This document shows positions 41,307 to 50,167 of a stretch of DNA of 64,000 nucleotides, piece by piece. The stretch's first letter is position 1; each line of letters starts with the position of its first letter. This DNA is from Nitrospirota bacterium. GTDB taxonomy: Bacteria; Nitrospirota; UBA9217. The notes under the pieces were generated by a model. That model was not told the origin of the DNA. It did no database searches and saw only the letters and a program-made list of their open reading frames with translations. The stretch spans positions 382,889 through 446,888 of the forward strand of contig CAVVUN010000009.1 in the NCBI GenBank assembly GCA_963751455.1, in the 5' to 3' direction. Made by a program: the position numbers and the translations under genes.

Positions 41307-42245
41307 TTACTTTTTCGGCGCGAGTGGGTTTTTTGTTCGTGCTTCCTGCTCCGCAAGTCTCGCAGCGCGGCGTTCTGCGAGCGTCTTCGGTTTTAACAAA
41401 TTTCCGAGCCGCATGGGTTTATTTGTCTCAGATTTTTCTATGGTTTGTTCGGGAATTTTATTTGTCCGTGCTTCTCGCTCCGCGAGTCTCTCCGCGCGGC
41501 GTTCTTTGAGTGTCTTCGGTTTAAGCAAGTTACCTAACCGTACGGGTTTTTTTGTCTCCTCTTTTTCGGTCTGTTCGGGTGCTTCGCCGTATGTTTTGAC
41601 GCTCATGCCGTGCTGGGCCCCGAGGTAGACGAGCGAGCCTTCGGTCATCTCGGTACGCGGGCCGCTGCCGCGGTACTCCCAGAACAGGATCGAGTCGTCC
41701 TTCTCATTTCTCATTGGGACGAGGTTCTCTGCGCGAAAACCGATGGAGGCGAAGTCATATATGCCTGTGTCGATGCCGACAATTACCGATTCGGGTACGA
41801 ACTTGACCGGGATGTAGAACGAGCAGGTGAGGAACCAGACCTCGGACTTGCCTGCCGGCAGCTGAAAGCTTTCTCCGGTCTCTGCATTCGCCTGCTGGAG
41901 CGGGAGCTTTTCGATCGTGCAGTCGAAGAACTTTCCGACGCCGCTCATCTGGACGTTTCGTCCGTGGTCGAACATCATGGTCTTCCGGAGCGCCGTGGCC
42001 GCGAAGCGGGTGAGCACCTCCTCGGAGAAGCGCTCGTTGTCGCGGTCGATCGCGTTGTTCGCCATGCGGATCTGGCCGACATAAAAATCTTCGGCTTTAT
42101 AATCCTTGCGCGTGAACTGGTTGATCAGGGCGAGATGCTCGGGCGTGGGTCTGGATGGCGACGACTTGAGGCCAGCAAACTTTATTTGTTTGCTGCCGAT
42201 AATATTCTGGATCGTTTTGCCGCTGCTCTTTGCGTTGTTGTTCAT
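41307..42245 (-). CDS. Phage prohead protease/scaffold-like protein with duplicated basic C-terminal repeat
   Basis: NAIDRDNERFS, FDH, ASIGF, EGSLVYLGAQ resemble caudoviral prohead protease H/S/E motifs. Confidence 0.65.
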   Translation of the reverse strand: MNNNAKSSGKTIQNIIGSKQIKFAGLKSSPSRPTPEHLALINQFTRKDYKAEDFYVGQIRMANNAIDRDNERFSEEVLTRFAATALRKTMMFDHGRNVQMSGVGKFFDCTIEKLPLQQANAETGESFQLPAGKSEVWFLTCSFYIPVKFVPESVIVGIDTGIYDFASIGFRAENLVPMRNEKDDSILFWEYRGSGPRTEMTEGSLVYLGAQHGMSVKTYGEAPEQTEKEETKKPVRLGNLLKPKTLKERRAERLAEREARTNKIPEQTIEKSETNKPMRLGNLLKPKTLAERRAARLAEQEARTKNPLAPKK

Positions 42246-42589
42246 GTAGTCCTCCAGTTGGGTTTGTCGTTGCGGAAAAGCGGCGTCAGTATTTGGCTCT
42301 TCTGTATTTTCACGTTTTGCATGATTTCATCTTTAACCAAACGAAGAGTCTCGACAAAACGCTGTATCTTTTCGTCGCCACAAAATTCTTTGATTAACCT
42401 CTCTACTTCAGCAGTCCTCGAAAAAACAAATTTGACTTCGACAGTTGCGCCAAAACTCTGCCTGACAGTCCGATACGGGATATCAGGAACACCGCTCTTG
42501 ACGAACGCCCACAATTCGTAACTCGTGGTACTGTACGTTCTCTCACCCTCGATTAGTTTGTATTTCATATATGCTCCGTGCTCTCTCAA
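42242..42589 (-). CDS. Hypothetical phage protein
   Basis: 115 aa ORF whose stop overlaps the next start; first gene of the structural-like operon. Confidence 0.6.
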   Translation of the reverse strand: MREHGAYMKYKLIEGERTYSTTSYELWAFVKSGVPDIPYRTVRQSFGATVEVKFVFSRTAEVERLIKEFCGDEKIQRFVETLRLVKDEIMQNVKIQKSQILTPLFRNDKPNWRTT

Positions 42590-42705
42590 ATATTAACGGG
42601 CCCCATCAGAGCCGAGCAGCTGCATATGGACCGGATGGTTGCTTGCGGCGTCAACACCCGGTAAGAAGGAGGACGCTGCTCGGCTCTGATCGAACCCGCT
42701 CCTCA

Positions 42706-42762
42706 AAAAATAAAAAAGCCGAAGACATCGGTCCATCGAACTGGAACCGACGAAACTTCGGC
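42706..42762 (-). terminator. Intrinsic terminator-like hairpin upstream of the structural-like operon
   Basis: Minus strand GCCGAAG...CTTCGGC followed by TTTTTTATTTTTT. Confidence 0.55.
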
Positions 42763-43068
42763 TGCGGTATTTTCTTTTTTTTTGTTCATTGTCGCCCCTC
42801 TATATGGCTATGACGCCAGAAGTTATCATTTCGCTACCACACAAGGCAAGCGAACCTTTTCGAGGAGTTTCGTAAGTCCTCAAAAAAAATAATTAGAAAA
42901 TGGCACAAGTTTTGCTTTTTTGTGGTAAAAATATGTAGGCTTTGAGGGTAAAGATGAACCTTCGGTTAGTTACTTGGCGATAGTCCTGCGGTATGGCGTT
43001 CAATGAGGCGGTGAAGTACGATCGCTGCTTGGTGTAGAATTCGATCTCAATTAATGGGAGGGACTTTA

Positions 43069-44367
43069 TTAGCCATGATGAGCATCCTTTGCAGCACGTT
43101 TTAGGCGCGTCACAATATCTACGGTTTCTTCGCTTAATCTCGTTTTAATTCTTTGACTGGTGCAATTCAATGTTTCGGGCAGCACTGTTTCAATGATGTA
43201 GGTCTCCGGATCATCTAATAAATTACCTAACTCGCTTTTTTCGACATCGATGAGTGGCACAAGTCGACGGTCGATTGATTTCACTTTTATCTTCTTTTTA
43301 TTCCAGTCATTATCAACCCTGTGAATTATTGTTTCGCCGAATGCGTCTTTGTATCGATCGCGAATATCCCATGCAATCGCTAACAGAAAATGCTTAAGGC
43401 CTGTCACATATAACAACTCAGGAATGTCGCGCCTTTTCTTGTTCCCATCATAATGATTCTCAATTTGCTGTATTAAAGGATAGGCAGCTTTCTGCTCATC
43501 AACCGTCCCATGAAAATAATCCCGAAGCCTTCTCTCAAATTGCACCCGTAAAAAAACGATATTGTCATCTTGCGATTGAAAAAAATCAGGCAGTCTTTGC
43601 AGAGCGTCAAATATGTCTTTGTCTACTCAAGCACGTCCGAGCTCATATTCTTTTTGTTGTTCAGTAGTAAGGCCCTTAGTACTTTTGGTTTTTTCCATAT
43701 AATCGAAAAGCTTTTGGTAATGCAATCTCGGAAACCTAAAAGAATATCGAGGGGTCATAGAAGTATACGTGCCGTCAGCGATATCGCGCCGGATTTGTTT
43801 TTGAACATCCTCAAAACTAAAATCCGCCTCAAATCCATCGCTAATACCGTATCTAAAATACAGTGGTTTCCAATAGCCATCCTTAATCATTTTTACAGCT
43901 TCCTGATTTTTGGCAAGGTCATTAATATTTTTTTTAGCGATGATACTTGGGGTGAATGTTGCGTGACATTGTTTATGGGCCGATGATGACGACATCAACA
44001 CAAACCCATCGGAATGAAATTTTTCTATTGCCTTATTCGTGCCGCCATACCACGCACGCTCTTGAGGCAAAGCTACACGTGAAAGGAGTTTTATTGTTTT
44101 GTGCCACGTAGCAACAGGCAGGGATAACGCACTACTATGGAAAAATATTTTTATGAGGTCTTTTCGTTTACTCTTACTGTATGGACCTTTAAGTATTTCT
44201 TGTAATTTTACATTTGCATCAGTAAGGTTGCGCGCTGTTTGTTTTTCATAGTCTGCTGCAATTTCATCGATGATGTTTTCTACAAATTTATCGTGACTAA
44301 TTTTTTTATTACGTAAAAGTGTAAAATTTCTGTCATATATCTCTTCAGCTCTCTCGGTATCTATCAT
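43069..44367 (-). pseudogene. AT-rich cargo gene interrupted by one in-frame TGA (43627-43629)
   Basis: ORFs 43627-44367 and 43069-43545 share a frame; the gap reads ELGRA*VDKDIFDALQRLPDFFQSQDDNIVFLRVQFE with no other stop. Confidence 0.6.
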
Positions 44368-44518
44368 CTCCGCCTCCGTGCGGTCTCCGAGTGGAAGGAA
44401 CAGGGGAAGGCCGATCGGAGTTTCGGCCGTGTCGTCCGGGGTTCGAAGTCCCGGACTATCCCCCTTTGCTACACAACTCTATCATAAACAGAAATTCAGT
44501 TCAATAAAAACTCCTACG

Positions 44519-45544
44519 TCAAACGTGATTCGTTGCGCTGCCTGAAACGTGTCCCGCGTGATTGTGCGTGACAGGCTCTGCATTGCTGATATTAATAGCG
44601 GATTCTGGCTCAGTCCATACGCGGCCAAATTCAAGCCAGTACTCGTGCCAGGACCGGTATTCTTTATGTATCCTCTCGCGCCGCGTGATGTATCGCGCTG
44701 CGGTCTCCAGGTTCTCCCATCCCATGCGCTGCATGATCGCGAACACGTCATAGCCGCGCACGTGCCGCGCGTCGCAGGCATGCGATGCACGGAGCATATG
44801 ACATTTTATTTTCGCCTTCCGAAGCCCTGCCCGTTTTGCAAGTTTCTTGATCAGCATATCGAGAGACCTCGTGGTCAGTCGTTTGCCGCTGGACCGGCCG
44901 CTATGACTAACCAGCAGGGGATCTCCGGTCCTTGCTCCGGCTGAAACGCGCGCGATAAGCAGTTGCCGGATGAACATGGACGGCGCGCGCCACAGATAGA
45001 CGGATCTGCCGGCGCCGCGCTTGGTTTTTGGAATTACCAGATCCATCTCCTTGCCGTCGTCCTGGATATGATCGATATTAAAATTTACGATTTCGGAAAC
45101 GCGAAATCCGGCGAACGCTCCGAATATTAAAAAGCAGGCATCCCTAAGGCCCATATCTGTTGTGACGTCGATCGTACCGAACAGCCGCAAGATTTCTTCG
45201 CGTGTGAAAGTCTGCATGAACGGTTTAGTCGACCGCATACGCGGGATCGAAGCTGAGGGATCATCATTCATTTCTCCCGTGTATCGTAAAAATCTGAAAT
45301 AAGATTGTAACGCTATCAGCTTCGTGGTTCGTGTTTGGTTTCCATTGCCGCGGAGAAAACAATATTCAAGATACCTTTCGATATCGCCTCGGGTTGCCGG
45401 TCCGTCCAGTGCATTGCCATCTCTCCAGTTTAGGAACTCTTCGACATGTCGACGATAGGCGGACACGGAAGAGGAAGCGAGTCCTTTAAGAACGGCCAGG
45501 TGCTTTTCAAAATTTTGAAGCACTAAATTCCGGTCCGTCATCAC
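44519..45544 (-). CDS. XerC/XerD-like tyrosine recombinase (catalytic residues intact)
   Basis: SAM-like N-domain, GFRVSE, TKRG, CHMLRASH, MGW...TAARY. Confidence 0.9.
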   Translation of the reverse strand: MMTDRNLVLQNFEKHLAVLKGLASSSVSAYRRHVEEFLNWRDGNALDGPATRGDIERYLEYCFLRGNGNQTRTTKLIALQSYFRFLRYTGEMNDDPSASIPRMRSTKPFMQTFTREEILRLFGTIDVTTDMGLRDACFLIFGAFAGFRVSEIVNFNIDHIQDDGKEMDLVIPKTKRGAGRSVYLWRAPSMFIRQLLIARVSAGARTGDPLLVSHSGRSSGKRLTTRSLDMLIKKLAKRAGLRKAKIKCHMLRASHACDARHVRGYDVFAIMQRMGWENLETAARYITRRERIHKEYRSWHEYWLEFGRVWTEPESAINISNAEPVTHNHAGHVSGSATNHV

Positions 45545-45996
45545 TGTTTCTCCGCCTCGTTGATGATATTGTTAATTTGCGTCTTGCTGAGCCTGAAGCG
45601 TTCGATCAATTCCTGGTAATTTTTCCCATGATAAAGATTACGAATCTTCGTGTTGCGTTCGATCCGGAATAGAACTTCGTGATCGGGGAAACGGATCCTG
45701 GTCCCGCCAAGTTCGACCATGATCTTGTTCATGATCGCCCGGCCCGATGCGCGGCCGAACTCCTCGCAGGTGCTGCGCCACAGTTGCTTAAAATTAGACC
45801 CGCTGGAAGCAAGCGGGTCCGGCCCGGGCTTCGGGACCCAAATCCTGCATCGGCCGGCCTGGGCAACAATATGCCGTATGATTTTTTTCCCTGGCTCATC
45901 TCCAAAATCAGCGACGATGCTCTGAAACAGCCGCCTGACTGCTTCGCGGTTACGTCGTTGTGAAACGATTTTAGCTCCGATCGGCACGCCCTCCAT
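45541..45996 (-). CDS. Mor/C-family transcription activator-like protein
   Basis: ELGGTRIRFP...ERN.KI...Y.G.N..EL..RF.LS..QI..II Mor signature; dimerisation segment appears duplicated (FG...G..I....G..RI..P twice); start uncertain. Confidence 0.75.
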   Translation of the reverse strand: MEGVPIGAKIVSQRRNREAVRRLFQSIVADFGDEPGKKIIRHIVAQAGRCRIWVPKPGPDPLASSGSNFKQLWRSTCEEFGRASGRAIMNKIMVELGGTRIRFPDHEVLFRIERNTKIRNLYHGKNYQELIERFRLSKTQINNIINEAEKQ

Positions 45997-46942
45997 GGGA
46001 CCATAATTTTGAAAACTCAGACCAGTAGTCCTCAAGTGAGTTAAATTTATCTTTTTGATCAACGTGGGGAAAGTCCTGGAAAGCCCGGTCAATCTGCGTG
46101 TAGCTCTTGTACCCCATACGTTCTTTTATCTGCGGTGCATCAAAGCCGATAATATACCGAAGGTCCCAAAGATGCGATATGCGGAGCATATTTGTTTTTA
46201 TTACCGGCTTCATGATGCCTGCGGACTGGGCGAGCGACTTAATACAATCGTCAAGGGCGTGCGGTGTCAGCCGGCGATTGCCTCGAGGCTCGCCACTCTT
46301 TTTGTAGCTTACCAGGAGCGGATCTCTAAATCCCGCTCCTTTGTCCATGCGAGCATGTGTTAACGAGCGAACAATTGCGCTCGGTTGTTCCCAAAGCGAA
46401 ACACTGCGTCCGTTTACGGCAAGATCGATGCATCTTCCACGTTGAAGCAAATGAACGTTCTGGAGATTCGCTGAAACAATTTCTCCGAGACACAAGCCTG
46501 CCATTGCTCCCAGAACCAGGAAGACGGCATCCCGGAGACCTTTCTCCCGGGTAATATCGCAGGCCGCGAACATTTTTAAGATCTCGCTCTGCTCGAATAC
46601 TGCCAGGGGTCCATTCTTTCGCGGCGGCCGGCGGATGCTGCCAATTGGATTTGCAGGGATAACCCCGGTCTCAACCAGGTGTCGGAAGTAGTTTTCTATG
46701 CCCGCCATTTTGCGCGAGAGGGTAGAATTTCCGTTTCCATGCCGCTGCAGGTAGCGAAAGAACCCCTCGGCATCCTTGCGCAGTTCTAAGGGCTCCAGAG
46801 ACGCAAGCGAGGGTTTCCCCTGACGCCATGCCAGGTATTCCGCTGCACTTCTCCGGTAAGAGCCGGTAGACGAGGCCAATAAGCCATCTGCCAGCAACTG
46901 TTTTTCAAATTGGTCAAGATGTTCGTTCTGTTCACTGTTCAT
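45971..46942 (-). CDS. XerC/XerD-like tyrosine recombinase paralog with degenerate active site
   Basis: Collinear with 44519-45544 but has GLCLGE (R to C), TNMLR (H to N) and MGY...IDRAF (no Tyr at the nucleophile position). Confidence 0.82.
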   Translation of the reverse strand: MNSEQNEHLDQFEKQLLADGLLASSTGSYRRSAAEYLAWRQGKPSLASLEPLELRKDAEGFFRYLQRHGNGNSTLSRKMAGIENYFRHLVETGVIPANPIGSIRRPPRKNGPLAVFEQSEILKMFAACDITREKGLRDAVFLVLGAMAGLCLGEIVSANLQNVHLLQRGRCIDLAVNGRSVSLWEQPSAIVRSLTHARMDKGAGFRDPLLVSYKKSGEPRGNRRLTPHALDDCIKSLAQSAGIMKPVIKTNMLRISHLWDLRYIIGFDAPQIKERMGYKSYTQIDRAFQDFPHVDQKDKFNSLEDYWSEFSKLWSHGGRADRS

Positions 46943-47380
46943 AGTTTCCGCTCCCCCCGCGCCCCCCACTTTTTCAAAAAAAGAAGCATTAAAAAATCAC
47001 TTTCAAAAAAGGTTTTAGATATACCCCCAATTTATAACCAGCAATGAGGGCGCTTGTCGACAAATAATCAAATATTTTTCAAGGGGGGTGGTCCTGAGAA
47101 CCGGACCACCGACCACCAAATTCAAAACGAACCGCACAATTCTAAATAAATAAACCATGTAAATCATTGAAATTGTGTTCTCAATAAACCTGCAACCGCA
47201 CAGTTTAATAATTATGTGCGGTAACAATTCGGCTGAATTTCGGCTGAATTCCCCTCATGAGAGGATATCACCAAGACAGACAGCGCACAGATAACAAAGT
47301 TGACCAATGCTGATGCTAAAATAATAAAAAAAATTATAATTAAATTTAACTTCTTAGAATCAGTTTTATAAGAAATCTAA

Positions 47381-48181
47381 TCAATTAAAAGTCTTCAGCT
47401 GCCTACCCATCGCATCGCCTGACGGATTGTTGCCGCCGTGGCTCGCCTTGAAGTTTGCCACTTCGAGCACAACATACCGACTAACAAACTCCTTGTGTAA
47501 TCGATCACCGTTTTGGCCGTGTAATTCGATAATCTTTTCACGTCCGCCAAGATCGAAAAAGATCTTTGCTGACAAAGTGTCACTGAGAATGACCTTGTCG
47601 GTTGATTTCACAACAATCGTCTCGAAAGTGGTCCAGGCTTCTTCCGCTTTTTCGAAAGCAATTTTTTCAATACTGGTTGGGCGCTTCCCCCCTTCTTTTG
47701 GAGAAGGAGAAGGAGAAGGAGAAGGAGAAGGAGAAGGAGAAGGAGCATTGCTAATTGCATGTGGAACTTGTGCCGCTTGCATGCCATTGGCATTATTATT
47801 TTTTGCTTTGTTATTCCATCTCTTAGAGGCGTTTTGACGGGCAATCTTTGAACGCTTCTTGAAAGAAACAACCCACGGTTGATGTTCCTTCCAATCGTGT
47901 ACTTTTAAGAATTTTTTACCGGATTTTTCGCCTTTATCTAGAAATTTCACCTGATCGCTGGCAAGGAATTCTATGAATTGCGAGCAATCGGCATCCCGGC
48001 CGCAAGCCAGTTGCATGCGGTATTCATCCCATCCGCTCAGGTCTCCGTCTTGCTGATGCTCAGCACAGTATCTCCATAGCTTCAAGAGCGAAACTATCCC
48101 GCTATCGCCGTATTCTTTATGGAGTCTCTTGGTTTTATGGTGATCGAAAAAAGACAGTTTGACCCGAAAGTCATCGAGCAT
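47381..48181 (-). CDS. Phage replication initiator/replisome-organiser-like protein
   Basis: FFDHHKT.RL...G...L.KLW N-domain, VHDWKEHQP, A.KRW, then NAPSPSPSPSPSPSP linker typical of phage initiators. Confidence 0.7.
   Translation of the reverse strand: MLDDFRVKLSFFDHHKTKRLHKEYGDSGIVSLLKLWRYCAEHQQDGDLSGWDEYRMQLACGRDADCSQFIEFLASDQVKFLDKGEKSGKKFLKVHDWKEHQPWVVSFKKRSKIARQNASKRWNNKAKNNNANGMQAAQVPHAISNAPSPSPSPSPSPSPSPKEGGKRPTSIEKIAFEKAEEAWTTFETIVVKSTDKVILSDTLSAKIFFDLGGREKIIELHGQNGDRLHKEFVSRYVVLEVANFKASHGGNNPSGDAMGRQLKTFN
47702..47744. repeat. (GAAGGA)n hexamer repeat encoding the Pro-Ser linker
   Basis: About seven tandem copies, directly visible. Confidence 0.85.
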
Positions 48182-48467
48182 AGGACTCTTTCCTCCGTTG
48201 GCCGACAGTTCCCCTCGATCCCGTGCCGCACCGATCGCTCATGGCCATGACGTGTAGCTTTCCTGAACCATTGATCGTCTGAATAATGGCTGCCTCGTGC
48301 TCCAATGCCAGGTCCGGGTGCAGCCGTCGGACTTCTTCGCCTGCTTTGCGAGCTGTAGCGGCCATGCGTGAAAAATGCTCAGGGCAAGAATTAATGACCG
48401 GCCGCGGTGTTTCACGGTGCCAGAATGCGTAATGCTCGGCTTCTTTGTCGCAGTATGAGCACTTCAT
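48171..48467 (-). CDS. Small hypothetical protein with CxxC...CxxH motif
   Basis: MKCSYC...SCPEH; GGAGG RBS before ATG 48467. Confidence 0.55.
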   Translation of the reverse strand: MKCSYCDKEAEHYAFWHRETPRPVINSCPEHFSRMAATARKAGEEVRRLHPDLALEHEAAIIQTINGSGKLHVMAMSDRCGTGSRGTVGQRRKESYAR

Positions 48468-48478
48468 TGTTGCCTCCC

Positions 48479-49213
48479 TTAAATCGCGGCTAATTCCGCC
48501 ACATCGGCCATTTCTTCGTCCGTTGGCCCCTGATATATCGCTGTGGACTGAATCGATTTGTGCCGTGCGAATTTCTGGATCTCGGTCAACGAAGCGCCGC
48601 GTTCCTTCAGTCGCTTCAGGCAAGCGTGACGAAGCGAATGGACCGTATAGAGCGCCATCTGTCTGCCGTCGACCTCGACACACAGACCCGCCCGGATCAT
48701 CCAGAATTCAACAAGCTCATTGATGGACCGTAAGGAAAGCCGGACACCTCTACGGGAAACAAACAAGGGAGCATCATCGCTGATGGATTCCCTCCGGGTG
48801 TTCAGTTTGTGCCCGATGAACGTCTTCAGTACCCGCTGGATGTGTCTATTGATAGGCACATGGCCGCAGCTCCCCATCTTCGCAATTTCAGGCTTCACCC
48901 ACAGCCTGGCTTGGTTCCTCACATCGCCGACACTCAACCCGGCAAGTTCTGCCCGCCGGAGCGCCAAATTCAGGAACGTCTCGATGATCACGTAATCACG
49001 CTCTGCCTGGCGCCCGATCGTGGTATCACTGCCCCTTACTTCCTTGATCGTTTTGAGAAGCTGCCGCTGCTCATCGGCGGAAAGAAATTTGTACTGAGCT
49101 CTGTTTCGCTGCTTCCGGATCCGGCCAGGCTCCAGGACAAGCCTTTCGTTTGGGCCATAGATGCCTTTGAATTCCGCTGACGTTTCTCTGCTTGTCGCTA
49201 ATATCGTTGTCAT
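48479..49213 (-). CDS. Tyrosine recombinase, catalytic domain only
   Basis: LALRRAEL, AKMG, VHSLRH, ARH.SIQSTAIY; lacks the N-terminal SAM-like domain; GGAGG RBS before ATG 49213. Confidence 0.88.
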   Translation of the reverse strand: MTTILATSRETSAEFKGIYGPNERLVLEPGRIRKQRNRAQYKFLSADEQRQLLKTIKEVRGSDTTIGRQAERDYVIIETFLNLALRRAELAGLSVGDVRNQARLWVKPEIAKMGSCGHVPINRHIQRVLKTFIGHKLNTRRESISDDAPLFVSRRGVRLSLRSINELVEFWMIRAGLCVEVDGRQMALYTVHSLRHACLKRLKERGASLTEIQKFARHKSIQSTAIYQGPTDEEMADVAELAAI

Positions 49214-49243
49214 GATTGCCTCCATATCATGTGCCTCAGATTA

Positions 49244-49299
49244 CTCTCCGGCCCAGGCCGAGGCGGGCTTTTCGGGCTGCAGACCCTATGACCGGAGAG
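49244..49299 (-). ncRNA. Structured leader RNA, copy A (C4/CI antisense-like)
   Basis: CTCTCCGG/CCGGAGAG closing stem enclosing two hairpins; near-identical to copy B. Confidence 0.55.
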
Positions 49300-49339
49300 C
49301 GTGACAATGTGACACGCGTGACTGCGCGTTACGCTGCCT

Positions 49340-49912
49340 TTACGGCTGTTCCTTGAACTGTTTGTCCACGATCACTTTTACCAATACGGATAAATCCTCA
49401 AAGCGGATCCCTAACAACTCCAGAGCTTGCCACACGTGTTTTTTGAAGAACGATTCGTCGACATTGTCACTTTCGCATGACACCTGGATTACTTCGATAA
49501 GTGATTGGATTTCAATCAGCCTGATCGGAACAGCGTTCAGAATGTCATAGTCGTTTTGACTCATCAGAACAGGATGGAGAATATCCGCTACCTCGTGCTG
49601 CTTTTCTGTTCCGGACGAAGGGCGAGATGCCGGCGATAAGCTTTCCGCCGTGGCCATCTTCGAGCTGGTACGATTTATAATTTCTGTGAATTCATCATCA
49701 GGCATTCCAGCGACAGATGCCGCGATTAAAATAATGTACGCGCTCTCGCTAAACTGTGTTTTTTTGTTGCTGCTGATTTTGTCTTTGATACGGTGACGCT
49801 GTTCGTGAGACAACGTCGCCAAAAATGAAATCATGTTCTTCAATCGCGTAATTGCCTTTTCGTCACTGCTGACAGCCTTTGAATCTTTACTCGTTTTAAC
49901 TTTGCTTTTCAT
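49340..49912 (-). CDS. Hypothetical protein
   Basis: 190 aa, GGAGG RBS, first gene of the element's minus-strand array. Confidence 0.65.
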   Translation of the reverse strand: MKSKVKTSKDSKAVSSDEKAITRLKNMISFLATLSHEQRHRIKDKISSNKKTQFSESAYIILIAASVAGMPDDEFTEIINRTSSKMATAESLSPASRPSSGTEKQHEVADILHPVLMSQNDYDILNAVPIRLIEIQSLIEVIQVSCESDNVDESFFKKHVWQALELLGIRFEDLSVLVKVIVDKQFKEQP

Positions 49913-49944
49913 GGTAGCCTCCGTATCATGATTGCCTCAGGTTA

Positions 49945-50001
49945 CTCTCCGGCCCAGGCCGAGGCAGGGCTTTTCGGGTTGCAATCCCTAGGACCGGAGA
50001 G
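49945..50001 (-). ncRNA. Structured leader RNA, copy B (C4/CI antisense-like)
   Basis: Same closing stem and hairpins as 49244-49299. Confidence 0.55.
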
Positions 50002-50167
50002 ATCAATAAGTTTCAAATTACACAAAGCAACTGTGCTACTTGCTGTGTTAGTAGAGGGGTTCCAAAAGAAGGAAAATAGGTACATCCCCTCTTTTCGTCT
50101 AAAGCAGCAAGGTCAATAAAAGCACATAGAAGGGAAAGGCGGGGAGTTACAGCGGGTTATTTGGGCG

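Noticed and set aside
44430-44460. tRNA gene suggested by GGTTCGAAGTCC
   Set aside because: Only a T-arm-like hairpin; no acceptor, D or anticodon arms in register. Treated as a leader structure instead.
44519-49213. Canonical RIT element or integron
   Set aside because: The recombinases are not three adjacent overlapping genes with terminal repeats, and no IntI-specific insertion or attC array is seen.
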